NCBI GenBank assembly: GCA_043228905.1
Contig: JBHGNT010000012.1
Span: forward strand, 434,001 to 498,000
DNA from: Azolla caroliniana
Lineage: Eukaryota > Plantae > Polypodiophyta
Reading direction: 5' to 3'
Length of the DNA stretch: 64,000 nucleotides
Position numbers and translations under genes: made by a program. Shown one piece after another: positions 51,099 to 61,700 of the stretch (within the stretch, counting starts at the first letter, position 1; each line of letters opens with the position of its first letter). The notes beneath the pieces are model-generated. The model was given only the letters and a program-made list of their open reading frames with translations, was not told where the DNA came from and did not search any database.

Positions 51099-51116
51099 TT
51101 CACGTCGGGTTCACCA
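51099..51116 (-). promoter_or_regulatory. C2 primer-binding site (tRNA-Trp, 18/18)
   Basis: Plus strand reads TTCACGTCGGGTTCACCA, identical to the plant tRNA-Trp 3' end as recalled. Confidence 0.88.
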
Positions 51117-51120
51117 AATA

Positions 51121-51715
51121 TGTCGCGTTCTTACGCGCGTACGTGTAGAAAGGGGCGGGACCACGGGGGTCTTGGACCGAGGAGCGAGAGAGAGAGAGAG
51201 AGAGAGAGATTCACAGACATGTAGAAGCGAGAAAAAGAGATATAGAACGTAACCCTTAATTATAATTACAAGAGATTACAAACTCCGACGGTTACAACCG
51301 ATAAGGCGGCGACGGACCCTACTCACGCACACCGACGACAATCACCAGAGGGGGGGGGGGAGAGAGACTCTGCTGGAAGCACACGGGCTGTCCCGAAGCA
51401 GAGGTAGTGAACTCCCACAGGCGGCCGCAGAGAACGACGACTGGAGGAGAAGAGAGAGAGCTCGACCCTCCGTTCTGCAGAAGCGCCCCCCCGTTCCTCC
51501 TCGCGCACGATGCCCCTTTTCTCTTGTCCCCTTCCCTTTATTCCCTGTCCCTCTAGCAGGGATACACACAATCCCGCCTCCTAATAAATGCGTGCTGCTT
51601 AGTATTTATCTCCACCGATTCCTGTACAAAATACCAAGTCACGCGTCCATCCGTGTAAGGGCCGGTTTATGCGCTTTCTCTCTGTTTCCGCCTATGGCCG
51701 GTTTTCTTCACGACA
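51121..51715 (-). repeat. C2 5' LTR
   Basis: TGTCGTGAAGAAAAC...CGCGACA on the minus strand. Confidence 0.92.
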
Positions 51716-52543
51716 ACGGGAAGGAAAAGCCGAAGGGGTCGGTCCCCCGCAGAGGTATGAGACCCGTTTCGGACTGAAACCGACCGGTGCTGGCAACCCC
51801 GACGCGCCGGATGGAAAGAAGCAGGTGGGGTTTCGGTTGAGCACCAAAATTGAAAGGACCACAGACCTGCGAAAGGTCCTGGAGGAACGTATCCTTGACA
51901 GTAAAGTGGAGTTGTCATTGCGGGAGGTGCTGGGAATCGCCAAGAGGGAGTTCCACGACTCCATCGTAGACTTGGTGAAGCGGAAGAGGCTCTCGACAGA
52001 TCCAGTATCGGAGAAGCTAGTGGAGGTGCGGACTACGCACTTAGAAGACGTGGCCCTAGAAGACGAGTTGGCGGAAAGCCACTACGCGAAGCCGCATTGG
52101 GCCAGGGCAACTACGGAAACCCCTGTGCGGATCGGCGACGTTCCGGAATCGGTGGTGGCCTTGGTAGACCATGGATCCGAAATCAACCTGATGTCCATGG
52201 ATTTCTACAAGCGGGGTAAATGGCCGATCAACACCAAGCATGGGTGGAAGATACGCGCGGTGACGCGTGTTACGGAGGAGCTACATGGCGCGTGCCCGAA
52301 TATACGCGTAAAGGTCGGTGACGTCGAGATAGATCAACATTTCTTCGTGTAGGAAACATCCTCGCACCCGATGATTCTCGGTGAACCATACATTACGGCA
52401 GCACGCATGGAGACGAAGGTGTTGGACAACGGTTTGGCGTATGCGCGCGTCAAGAGCCAAGACGGTCGGCATTCCGTCCAATTCATGACCGTACGTCTGA
52501 ACCATGAGAGGAATCGCGAGACCCTCAGCGGCGACAACCAAGG

Positions 52544-52609
52544 GGATTTTTAGAGAGGGCTTTCAAGGCGTGGGGCCGCGGTAGTCTGGACGTACCGGAA
52601 GAACCCCAC
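52544..52609 (+). promoter_or_regulatory. Putative -1 ribosomal frameshift signal (C1)
   Basis: G GAT TTT TAG; weakened stem GGGCTTTC/GGTAGTCT; GTGGGG/CCCCAC retained. Confidence 0.7.
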
Positions 52610-53382
52610 ACATGTACAATAGGTAGGAAGTTTGGGTTTTCCGAAAACGGAGGTTGTACTATAGCCAACGTTAGTGGACAGGAAAGGAAGCGAGCGGAGG
52701 AGTGGCTCAGGAGATGCGGAGTCCTCTCCCCCGACGAAGAGATCAGCGGAGCCATGGAGGAGGTCTCTTTTGATGACACCTTGGGCGAGTTGCGAAAGGT
52801 GATCGGTGAAGACCTTAGCAAAGACTGGACCGTTTCAGTAGGATCGATGGGAATGTACGAAGCCATCGCAGACTTCGGGGAAAGGATCGGGTCGGATCGG
52901 ACAGCCCGCGTGGATACATGTTGAAGACAGGTCTCCGACTCTATTACCCCCTTGGGTATCTCGGCATTGTCGATCGGTTCGTACAGGTCTCGGACGATGA
53001 GAAGGTCTTCCATCTTTATCTTCCAGTCGGCGTAGTTCTGTGAGTTCAACACCATCATGCCCGGAGGCCCACTACCGCCGCCTTCCATTTTCTGTGTTAC
53101 CGTCGCTCTGATACCACTTGTTGAAGACAGTGCTCGGCCACAACCGAGGAATAGGACCAACTCACAGAAAACGGGAAATACCAAAATGCACGAAGACAAT
53201 AGAGAGAAGAGTACACAGGATATTTTACGTGGAAAACCCTAAATGGGAAAAACCACGGGAGTCCTCAAACTCCAACTATCACTATGAACAGAGATGTACA
53301 ATGGTGAAGCTACAAGGCAAAAACCTTGAGCTCACTGTCTTCGCCACAGGCGGCGGTAATACACAGAGGCAACGACCTCTTC

Positions 53383-53427
<45 letters not shown>

Positions 53428-55156
53428 CTGCTCACTTAGCTCCCACTAAGTGGAAAACCAGAAAAATAAGTAACGACAGTAACAAACTGTTTGCCCTAAG
53501 TCATATTTATACACGTATGACTTTCGGGCTATTTACAAATATAGCCTCAAGAGCCCTTGGCAAACATATTCACAAATATGTCCCCGCATCCGGATCTCTC
53601 TCCGGGTACATTCGTCATCCGGCTCCGTAGCCGGGGTCTTCATCATCCGGCTCCGTAGCCGGGGTCTTCATCCGGCTTCATGCTGGGTACTCTTCATCCT
53701 CCGGTTCCGTAACCGCAACCGGGCTTGCCGTCATTCATCTCCGGACATCCCATCCGGAGGGACCGACATCCCAACAATACAAAGTACAAGATTGTGGACC
53801 GGAAGGTGAGGCCAATCGCGGCACCCTTGGCGGAGGGCAGCGAGGAGCGGATAAAAGGGATCGCATCAGACCCAAGTTTACGGAATCCGGCGGGCATAGG
53901 GCACCGGTTCACCGACATAACGCTACGGGAGCTCAAGGTCGGTGGGGGTGGCTTCCTACTGCCAGCGGAGGAGGACAGGTTTCAGAGAATGCTCAGAAGG
54001 CTTGGGAAAGCCTTCGCGTTCTCACCGGAGGAGATCGGGTGCGTGGACCCGACAATCGTTGAACCGATGGTGATCTTCATGGTACCGCATGTACCGTGGA
54101 ATCTCAAACCGATTCCGGTGCCGAGAGCTCACATCCCGAAGTTGATGGAGCTTCTAAAGCAGAAGGTGGAGATGGGTATCCTCGAACCGTCGAGTGCCCC
54201 GTATTCGAATCGGTGGTTTACGGTGCCGAAGAAGAACGGCACGCTACGCTTCATTCAGGACCTGCAACTGGTCAATAGGGTGACCATCCGTAATGCAGGA
54301 ATCAGACCGACCATAGACGAGTTCGTGGAGGCCTTCACTGGAAGATCGATCTATTCGGTCGGTGACTTATACTCGGGGTACGATCAGTTCCAACTAGCCG
54401 TGGAGAGCAGGGATATCACGACGATGCGAACTCCTCTCGGCCTGGTACAAATGTGTACCCTACCACAAGGAGGGACAAATTCGGTGGCGCATATAGTGAA
54501 CGCAATGAACAAGGTTCTTAGGGTCTGCATCTCGGACATCACCATGCCATTCTTGGAAGACATCCTGATAAAGGGGTGTTCGGTGGAAGATGCGGACGAG
54601 ACTGTCGGGACAGACGGATGCCAGAGGTTCATCGTGAACCACATCAACGATTGCGAGAAGGTGTTGCAGAGGCTCGAAAATGCACGACTCAACTTCTCCG
54701 GAGAAAAATCGGTGTTTGGGCAGTCGGAGATCCTGGTGGTTGGACACCTGTGCGGGCCTTACTGTAGGAAACCGTCTCCGGCAAAGGTAGAGACCATCTC
54801 CGCAATGAGGAACGATTGTGGGTCAGTTACGGAGGTCCGCAGATTCTTGGGTGCATGCGCATTCTACCACATCTAGATCCCGCACTACACGGAACCCCTC
54901 TACAGAGTATTGAAAAAGGGGCGTAACTTTGAGTGGAGGACGGAGCACACAGAGTCGGTACGGAGACTAAAGGAGGCGCTTACGGTAGCACCGGCTCTCC
55001 GAAAAGCGGTTTACGGCAAGGATGTCCCCATTTGCGTGACGGTGGACACGAGCCCGACCGGGATCGGGTGGGTAATCAGTCAAGAGGACAAGGACTGCGT
55101 ACGGTTCCCGATCCGGTTCGGGGCGAAGGTATTGAGCGAGCGGCAACGAGGATACG
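52550..55156 (+). pseudogene. C1 pol (RT, partial RNase H), interrupted by a Copia derivative
   Basis: RVDT|KYKIVDRKVRP rejoins across TSD ATACA. The RT motif reads FLED instead of FLDD. Truncated after ERQRGY. Confidence 0.85.
52919..53776 (-). mobile_element. Internally deleted Ty1/Copia: 5' LTR (53119-53776), PBS tRNA-iMet (53105-53116), gag start (53088) and last 12 bp of the 3' LTR
   Basis: TSD ATACA on both sides; TGGTATCAGAGC; MEGGG...NYADWKIKMEDLL; tgttgaagacag at both 52919 and 53119. Confidence 0.92.
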
Positions 55157-56911
55157 TCGAGCTCCACGTTCGTAACCTTTTTGGTCGTAGCCTCCTCATC
55201 TGTGCTTTGCCGTAGTCTAGAGTTGGTGTGTCCATGACATGACCTATGATAGGCTCCGTATATTCAGATGCGAAGCTTACGCATTCATCCCGAGGGAGGA
55301 AAGGACCAAGGTTGCACCCCATGTACCAAAGTCCATATTTCTTGGTTATGGAACCGATGGTGAATTCAACTACCGACTATGGGACCCAGAGAATCGGAAA
55401 CTAATCTGGAGCAGTGATATAGTCTAAACCCTAAACCCTTCTCTCATAACAGAACCAACAGAAAATAGTTGGTAAAATGGTATCCTTCGAAGTTGACGAA
55501 GATGTCATAGGAGGATTGACTGACTAGGCCGAATTAGAGATTCGACAAACAGTCGAACTCAACCAAGCCGATAATACACCTGCCAACTCTGAATCAGTAA
55601 GAGGTCCACTAGTCGAAATGGATTCGACTAAGAGATTGGCCAACCAAGGCAAACTGAATTGACAAGAAAGGCAAAGCCACCAAGTGTCAAGTCGGAAAAG
55701 AAGGAGCCGAAAATGACAGAGTTAATTCGACCAACACACCCACAAAGGCTAAAAGGAAAAGCCGATCTGACTCGGCTAAGTCTCTTACCTCTAAGTCAAT
55801 CAATCCCGAAGAAGGGGAGGATGATGCGACATCAACGAAATCCTATTACAGGGGTGAATCATCCAACAGGACTCCTGACATAAGTGGTTCAATAAATGCC
55901 AATCGACAAACAAAGTCAATCGAAGGATCCGAACCGATCAATTCGGCCCCTAGGAGATCAGGACGAGTTTGAAGGCCGACAGAGTTCTACCAACTAGGCC
56001 TAGAGTACATCAACTACATTGATGCAGGCGAACCAAGCACATACGAAGAAGTTATAGCCGCACCAGATGTTGATACATGGCTGCAAGCAATGGGATCCGA
56101 GATGGACTCGATCCATTAGAACAATACATGGGAGCTGGTTGAACTACTAGTTGGAAGAAAGCCATTGCCCTGCGAATGGGTCTTCAGATACAAATTTGTA
56201 TCCAACTCAGAGAAGACCAAATACAAATCTCGACTCATCGTGAAGGGATTGAAACAATGACATGGGCACCAGTAGTCAAGATGACCACCCTTCGGCTCCT
56301 ACTTGGGGTCGTGGCGACATAAGACCTAGAGCTTGAGCAACTGGACGTCAAGACGACGTTCCTACATAGGGACTTGGACGAAGACATTTACATGTCTCAA
56401 CTAGCAGGCTTCACAACAACTTGGGAGGAAGGTCACCTCATATGCCGATTGAAGAAAAGCCTCTATGGCTTAAAACAAGCGTCGAGGATGTGATATTAGA
56501 AATTTGACTCCCACATCAGGCAGCTTGGATACCTCCAATCCGACTCCGACCCATCTCTATATACTCAACAACTAGCCAATGAGTTCCAGATCTAAAGCTA
56601 AAGCAAAGTCTTCAAGACAAGTTTGCGATCAAGGAACTTGGACAAGCCTGACACATACTGGGCATGAGGATAGAGCGAAATCGGACAACAAAGACTGTCC
56701 CAGTCCGACTATATTCAACATGGAGAATGTGAGGTCGTCATCAACTCCGCCACCAACGTCGATTCGACTATCATACAGAGACTCTCCTTTAATGGACGAG
56801 GAGAGAGAGCTCAATAGGAAGATACCCTATGCATCTGCGGTAGGAAGTATCATGTATGTGATGGTGGTGACCTGTCCTGACCTTGCCTATGTCGTAGGGG
56901 TCGTCAGTCGT

Positions 56912-57703
56912 TGTCGTGAAGATAACTCTTCACGATGTCGAAACAATGTTAAAACTCTATAGAAAGGCATTTCCCATCTGGATCTTGTGACGAGGAGCAT
57001 GTGCGATTTTTTGGTTCGTGAATCAGAGTTCAGAAGCCCAAGATATAGCCTTCAGAACGATTAATGCTACTCGAGACACAAATGTAATTATGTCAAACGG
57101 GAGATTCGAAATTAAATAAGAGCGATTTTGTAATTTCTCAAATGTATAATTACAAAATCGAATTTGTAAAATTTATCAATAAATAAATAAAATAATAAAT
57201 CACCTTGCATGAGCCGGTTTGTCAACCGCCTCAAGAGGGTGGTAGGGCGGTTGACCCCCCTATAAAAACCACCTCGATGGTGGCTAAAGGAAAAAGGGGA
57301 AGAAAGGAAGGAGGAAGAAAAAGCTAGTGAAGAAGCTCGTGTGGGTGTGGGATGCAGAGCTCGCCAAAGAAGTTGGTGTCCTGCATAAAACAAGACAAAA
57401 GGTAAAGAACAAAAAAGAAATAAAGAAAAGGAAGAAGTTGAAGTGGTGAATCTCAAACGCCTCTTGGTCAACAAAAGGTCGTGAGTTTGAATCCTTTAAA
57501 AACAACTTCTTGTGGTAAACAAACTTTGTAAGATAAATTTAGTATATATAAAGAGAAAGACAATTAATTTGAGAAAGGGGTTGAAGTGGTCTGTCTCAAA
57601 TGCTTCTTCTCAAATAGAGGTTGTGAGTTTGAGTCTTGCCAAGTACCTTTTGGCAAATAAATATTGTAAGTGGTGTTTTACAAATAAAATTCTTTTCGCG
57701 ACA
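56912..57703 (+). mobile_element. Solo LTR with family-C-type termini
   Basis: TGTCGTGAAG...CGCGACA ends with an AT-rich unrelated interior; TATAAAA at ~57260. Confidence 0.75.
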
Positions 57704-57814
57704 ACGTTGCATCTATCTTGCCTTCTCGGCTTCTTGTCCTCGCACCATCCACGTGATCATCCCCGAGTCACAGAACCCTGGCGGTTGCAACACACAACCA
57801 TAATCTTTACGACA
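57704..57814 (-). mobile_element. Probable 5' fragment of a second C-type LTR in opposite orientation
   Basis: Minus strand begins TGTCGTAAAGA; Copia RT resumes immediately after (ccgc tac atg = RYMSNPG). Confidence 0.55.
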
Positions 57815-58409
57815 CCGCTACATGTCGAACCCAGGACTGAAGCATTGGGAGACCATCTAGAACATCTTCAAATATCTAAGAGGAACCGAAGATATACAAC
57901 TAACATTCGGATTGGCAAATCCGACTAAAGTCGAAGGGCATACCGACTCCGACTATGCCGGAAATACGGACAATCGGAAGTCAACATCAAGCTATGTTTT
58001 CACCTATGGCGGCGTATTCATATCATGGAGGTCGAAGTTGCAAGAGTGCACAACCATGTTTACCACAAAGGCTTAGTACATAGCAGCATCAGAGGCAGCA
58101 AAGGAAGCAATCTGGGTGCACCAACTGTCAGCCGACTTCTCAGCGACAAGACAAATCGGCCATCCAGCGCCGACCATCTATTGCAACTCACAAAGTGCAA
58201 TATACCTCATTCGGAACTCAATCTATCATGCGAAGATGAAACGCATTGAAGTATGGTTTCATCATATTTGGGAGCTCGTAACAGAGAAGAAGCTCGAAGT
58301 CTGGAAGATCGACACTAACGTGAACATTGTTGATTGCCTGACGAAGCCACTCCCAGAACAACGCTTTAGAGCACTAAGGACAAGGATGGAACTACGACAA
58401 GCGACCGAG

Positions 58410-58693
58410 CCGAAGAGCGCTGAGAAGGAGCAGAAGGTAAGTCAAAGACCAACCGATTCAAACAAGCCAGCCCGGATGACTAGCCGAATCAGGCTAGATA
58501 CTGACTCTACCTCTACCGACTTGATTATGTGGCCACTGACTTGTGTCTATACCGAAGAGCGTCGAGAAGGAGTAGAAGGTAAGTCAAGGACCAACCGATT
58601 CAAACAAGCTAGCCCGAATGACTAGCCGAATCAGGCTAGATGCCGACTCAACCTCTAACGACTTGGCTATGTGCTGACTAACTTGTATCTATA
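58410..58693. repeat. 142-bp tandem duplication in the Copia 3' region
   Basis: ccgaagagcg...gaaggtaagtcaa.gaccaaccgattcaaacaagc at 58410 and 58552. Confidence 0.85.
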
Positions 58694-58716
58694 ACTTTAG
58701 ATCAAATTGTAATCTA

Positions 58717-61700
58717 GGTTTACGGGCGAGATAACCCCTTACCATTGTATGGAGAAAGAGTAGTCCTTTTATAGGGGAGTTTGTTGGCGTAAAAGGTCGA
58801 CTCTATTATAGATCTAGGTACTAAAGTAAGCTTAAGATAAGGATAAAGAAATGAAAGATAGAAAGGAGAAAGAGAAAGAAGGGTGCTGATCCACCCGACC
58901 ACCCCCGAGCGAAGGGATCGAGACGGACTCGAGCCTCGATCGGCGTCCCACCACCGCCGTGGCGTCGAGTCGTACCTGGTGCTGGCGCGCTCGCTACAAG
59001 AGTTGACCCACCACACGAGCAGAGTCTCGATGTAGTCGAAAGATCCTCAAATGAGGGTAGCTAGGCCTCTTATTTATAGCGATACCCAAGGCCCCCAGGC
59101 AAGTTCACACTTGACCTAATGGGTTGTCTCAATCCCGAGGATTAAAAGTAATCATCCCCTTCTTTACACTCTCGTTTAACCCTCACACTTATCCACGTGT
59201 ATAGAATACTACGGTAAATTCTTACCACGGGATATTATATGGTCATGCCCGTAACATACTCCCCTCTTTAAAACATTGCACTCTTGCAATGGAAAGTTAG
59301 GGAAGTTAGTTCTAAGAGTATTTTCGCGTTCCCATGTGGCATCTTTTATTGATTTATCCATCCATTTTATTTTAAATTCTCGGATTTCTTTAGTACGTAA
59401 TTTTTTTGTTTTAACATCGAGAATTCTTTCTGGTACATGTGGTTTAGAAGATATTTCTTCAGAAGTAACCAGAGTTTCAGTCGTAACTGTATTGTCGCCA
59501 GAACCTAGAAGTTCTTTTAGACGACTCACATGAAAGACTGGATGAATTCCGACACCATCGGGAAGAGCGAGATGATAGGCTGATGACCCAATGCGTTTGA
59601 GGAATGTAAAAGGTGCACAAAACCGTGGGCTAACTTAGCGCACTTACCCGTAGACAATGTCTTAGAATTGTGAGGTACATGTAAAAATACCTTCTGTCCA
59701 GGGTTGAATACACGAGGTTGCCTATGATGATCGGCATAAAAACGCGCTCTATCTTGAGCTGTTTTTATATTATCTCATGCAATATGCAACATATCTTGCA
59801 TATCCCGAAGAAATTTTTGCGTACTTCGCAACTCATCATGATGTATATTAACATCAATCGGGGCTCGTGGCTGAAAACCATACATCAACATAAAAGGACT
59901 ATATCCCGTCGACGTATGCTTGGAGCTGTTATAAGCAAACTCCAAAATTGGGAGATAACGTTCCCATTTTGTTGGTTTTGCACCAATGTATGCTCGAAAC
60001 ATGTCCTCAATAATTTGATTTACTCGTTCTGTCTGTCCATCGGATTGAGGATGATCCGTGGAGCTCATGCTCAACGTAGTTTCTAACTTCTTAAAGACTT
60101 GCGTCCAGAAGTCACTAGTAAACTTTGGATCTCGATCACTCACGATATCCATCGGTAACCCATAAAAACGAAACAATTCATCAACGAATTGGTAAGCCAA
60201 TTCAGGAGCTGTTACCGTGGTTTTAGTAGCAATAAATCTGGCCATTTTAGTTAGTCGATCAACGACAACCCAGATGGCATCATGACCTTTTTGGGTGCGA
60301 GGAAGGCTAACAATAAAATCCATGGATATACTTTCCCACTTATTATTGGGAATGTCCAAGGGATGTAAAAGTCTTGCGGCTTTAAGTCGCTCGGCTTTGT
60401 TAACCTGACACTGGTGACATTTAGTCACATAGCTATGTATGTCAGGACGCATCTTAGGCCAATAAAATTGAGTGGAGATGAGAACGAGTGTACGATGTAT
60501 TCCAGGGTGCCCTGCTGAGGGTGCATCATGGCATTAAAAAAGAATCATCTTTTTGACCTTGGGTAAATCTGGAACACAAACCTTCCCATTACGGTAGAGC
60601 AAACCATTAGCAATGTGGAAGTAATCCTTCGAGGATGTGGTGGTGTCTGTTCCAGACTCAACTCTTGCCCAGTATTTTGCGAAATAACTGTCATCAGGAT
60701 ACTTTCCTCGAAGGTGATCATAAAGATCTGATGATATTGCAGTGAAGCTAAGCATGTTAACTTCACGGATGCGACTTAGTGCATCAGCGACAGTGTTCAT
60801 GGAACCTTTACGATATCGTATGGAAAAATCAAAGTCCTGGATGAGATCAGCCCATCGTGCCTTACGACCTTTCAGGTCTTGTTGGTCACAAAAATATTTC
60901 AAGGACTCGTGGTCCGTAGTTACCACAAAGTGATTTCCATAAAGATAATGGCACCATGCTTTGAGCGCATGTATAACTGCAAATAATTCCTTTTCTTGAA
61001 CGGTATACCGACATTGAGCAGAATCAAGTTTCTTACTCTCGAATGTTATTGGTTTACCATCTTGATACAAGACAGCACCTATAGCATAATCGCTTGCATC
61101 GGTTTCAACCTCAAAAGGTTTTGAAGGATCAGGTAAAAGAAGTGAAGGAGCCTTGCAAACCAGGTCCTTGAGTTCCTTAAAGGCAAGGTCTAGTGTAGCA
61201 TTCCACACAATAGGTTTTGTAGACTTACGCGTTTGACCTTTTAAAAGATCAGTAAACGGCGTCGTCAATTGGGAGTAATTACGAAGAGACTTTCGCAAAA
61301 ACCCCACAAAACCAAGGAATGATCGAACTTCTCGAATATTCCGAAGAGTGGGCCAAAGCTTGATTTTCTCAATGCGAGAAGGATCAATTTCAACTCCTCG
61401 TTCGGTTATGAGATGTCCTAGATAAGTAATTGATTTCTTGAAGAACTCACATTTTGAGATCTTCGCATAAAACTGTTTGTCATGCAATGATTGTAAAACA
61501 AAGCGGACATGTCTAGCATGTTCTTGTAATGTACGGCTATAAACTAAAATATCATCCAAGAAAATAACGACAAATTTTCCAAGTTGTTCTCGGAAAATGT
61601 CATTCATTTCTTGTTGAAAAGTAGCCGGAGCATTGGTCAAACCAAAAGGCATAACCAAAAACTCGTAATGGCCATAGCGCGTACGAAATGCCGTTTTAGG

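Larger units (their letters stand above)
33180..51715 (-). mobile_element. Gypsy C2: two-LTR family-C copy inserted antisense into C1 gag; hosts C3 and a solo LTR
   Basis: LTRs at 33180-33808 and 51121-51715, 4-bp TSD ACGG, PBS 51099-51116, PPT 33809-33820. Confidence 0.93.
21224..55156 (+). mobile_element. Gypsy C1: outermost family-C copy, 3'-truncated in RNase H; own sequence at 21224-22759, 32728-33179, 51720-52918 and 53782-55156
   Basis: LTR, PBS, gag, PR, RT and partial RH rejoin in frame across the TSDs of three nested inserts. Confidence 0.88.
55230..58693 (+). mobile_element. Degenerate Ty1/Copia pol remnant D (IN C-terminus, RT, RNase H, 3' region)
   Basis: LRIFRCEAYAFIP..SIFLGYG..YRLWDP, QLDVKTTFLH, KSLYGLKQA, IPYASAVGSIMY and YTDSDYAG..RKSTS. 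The YVDD segment is deleted. Confidence 0.88.

Noticed and set aside
51099-51116. tRNA-Trp gene
   Set aside because: Only the 3' 18 nt including CCA are present, next to an LTR, so this is a PBS and not a tRNA gene.
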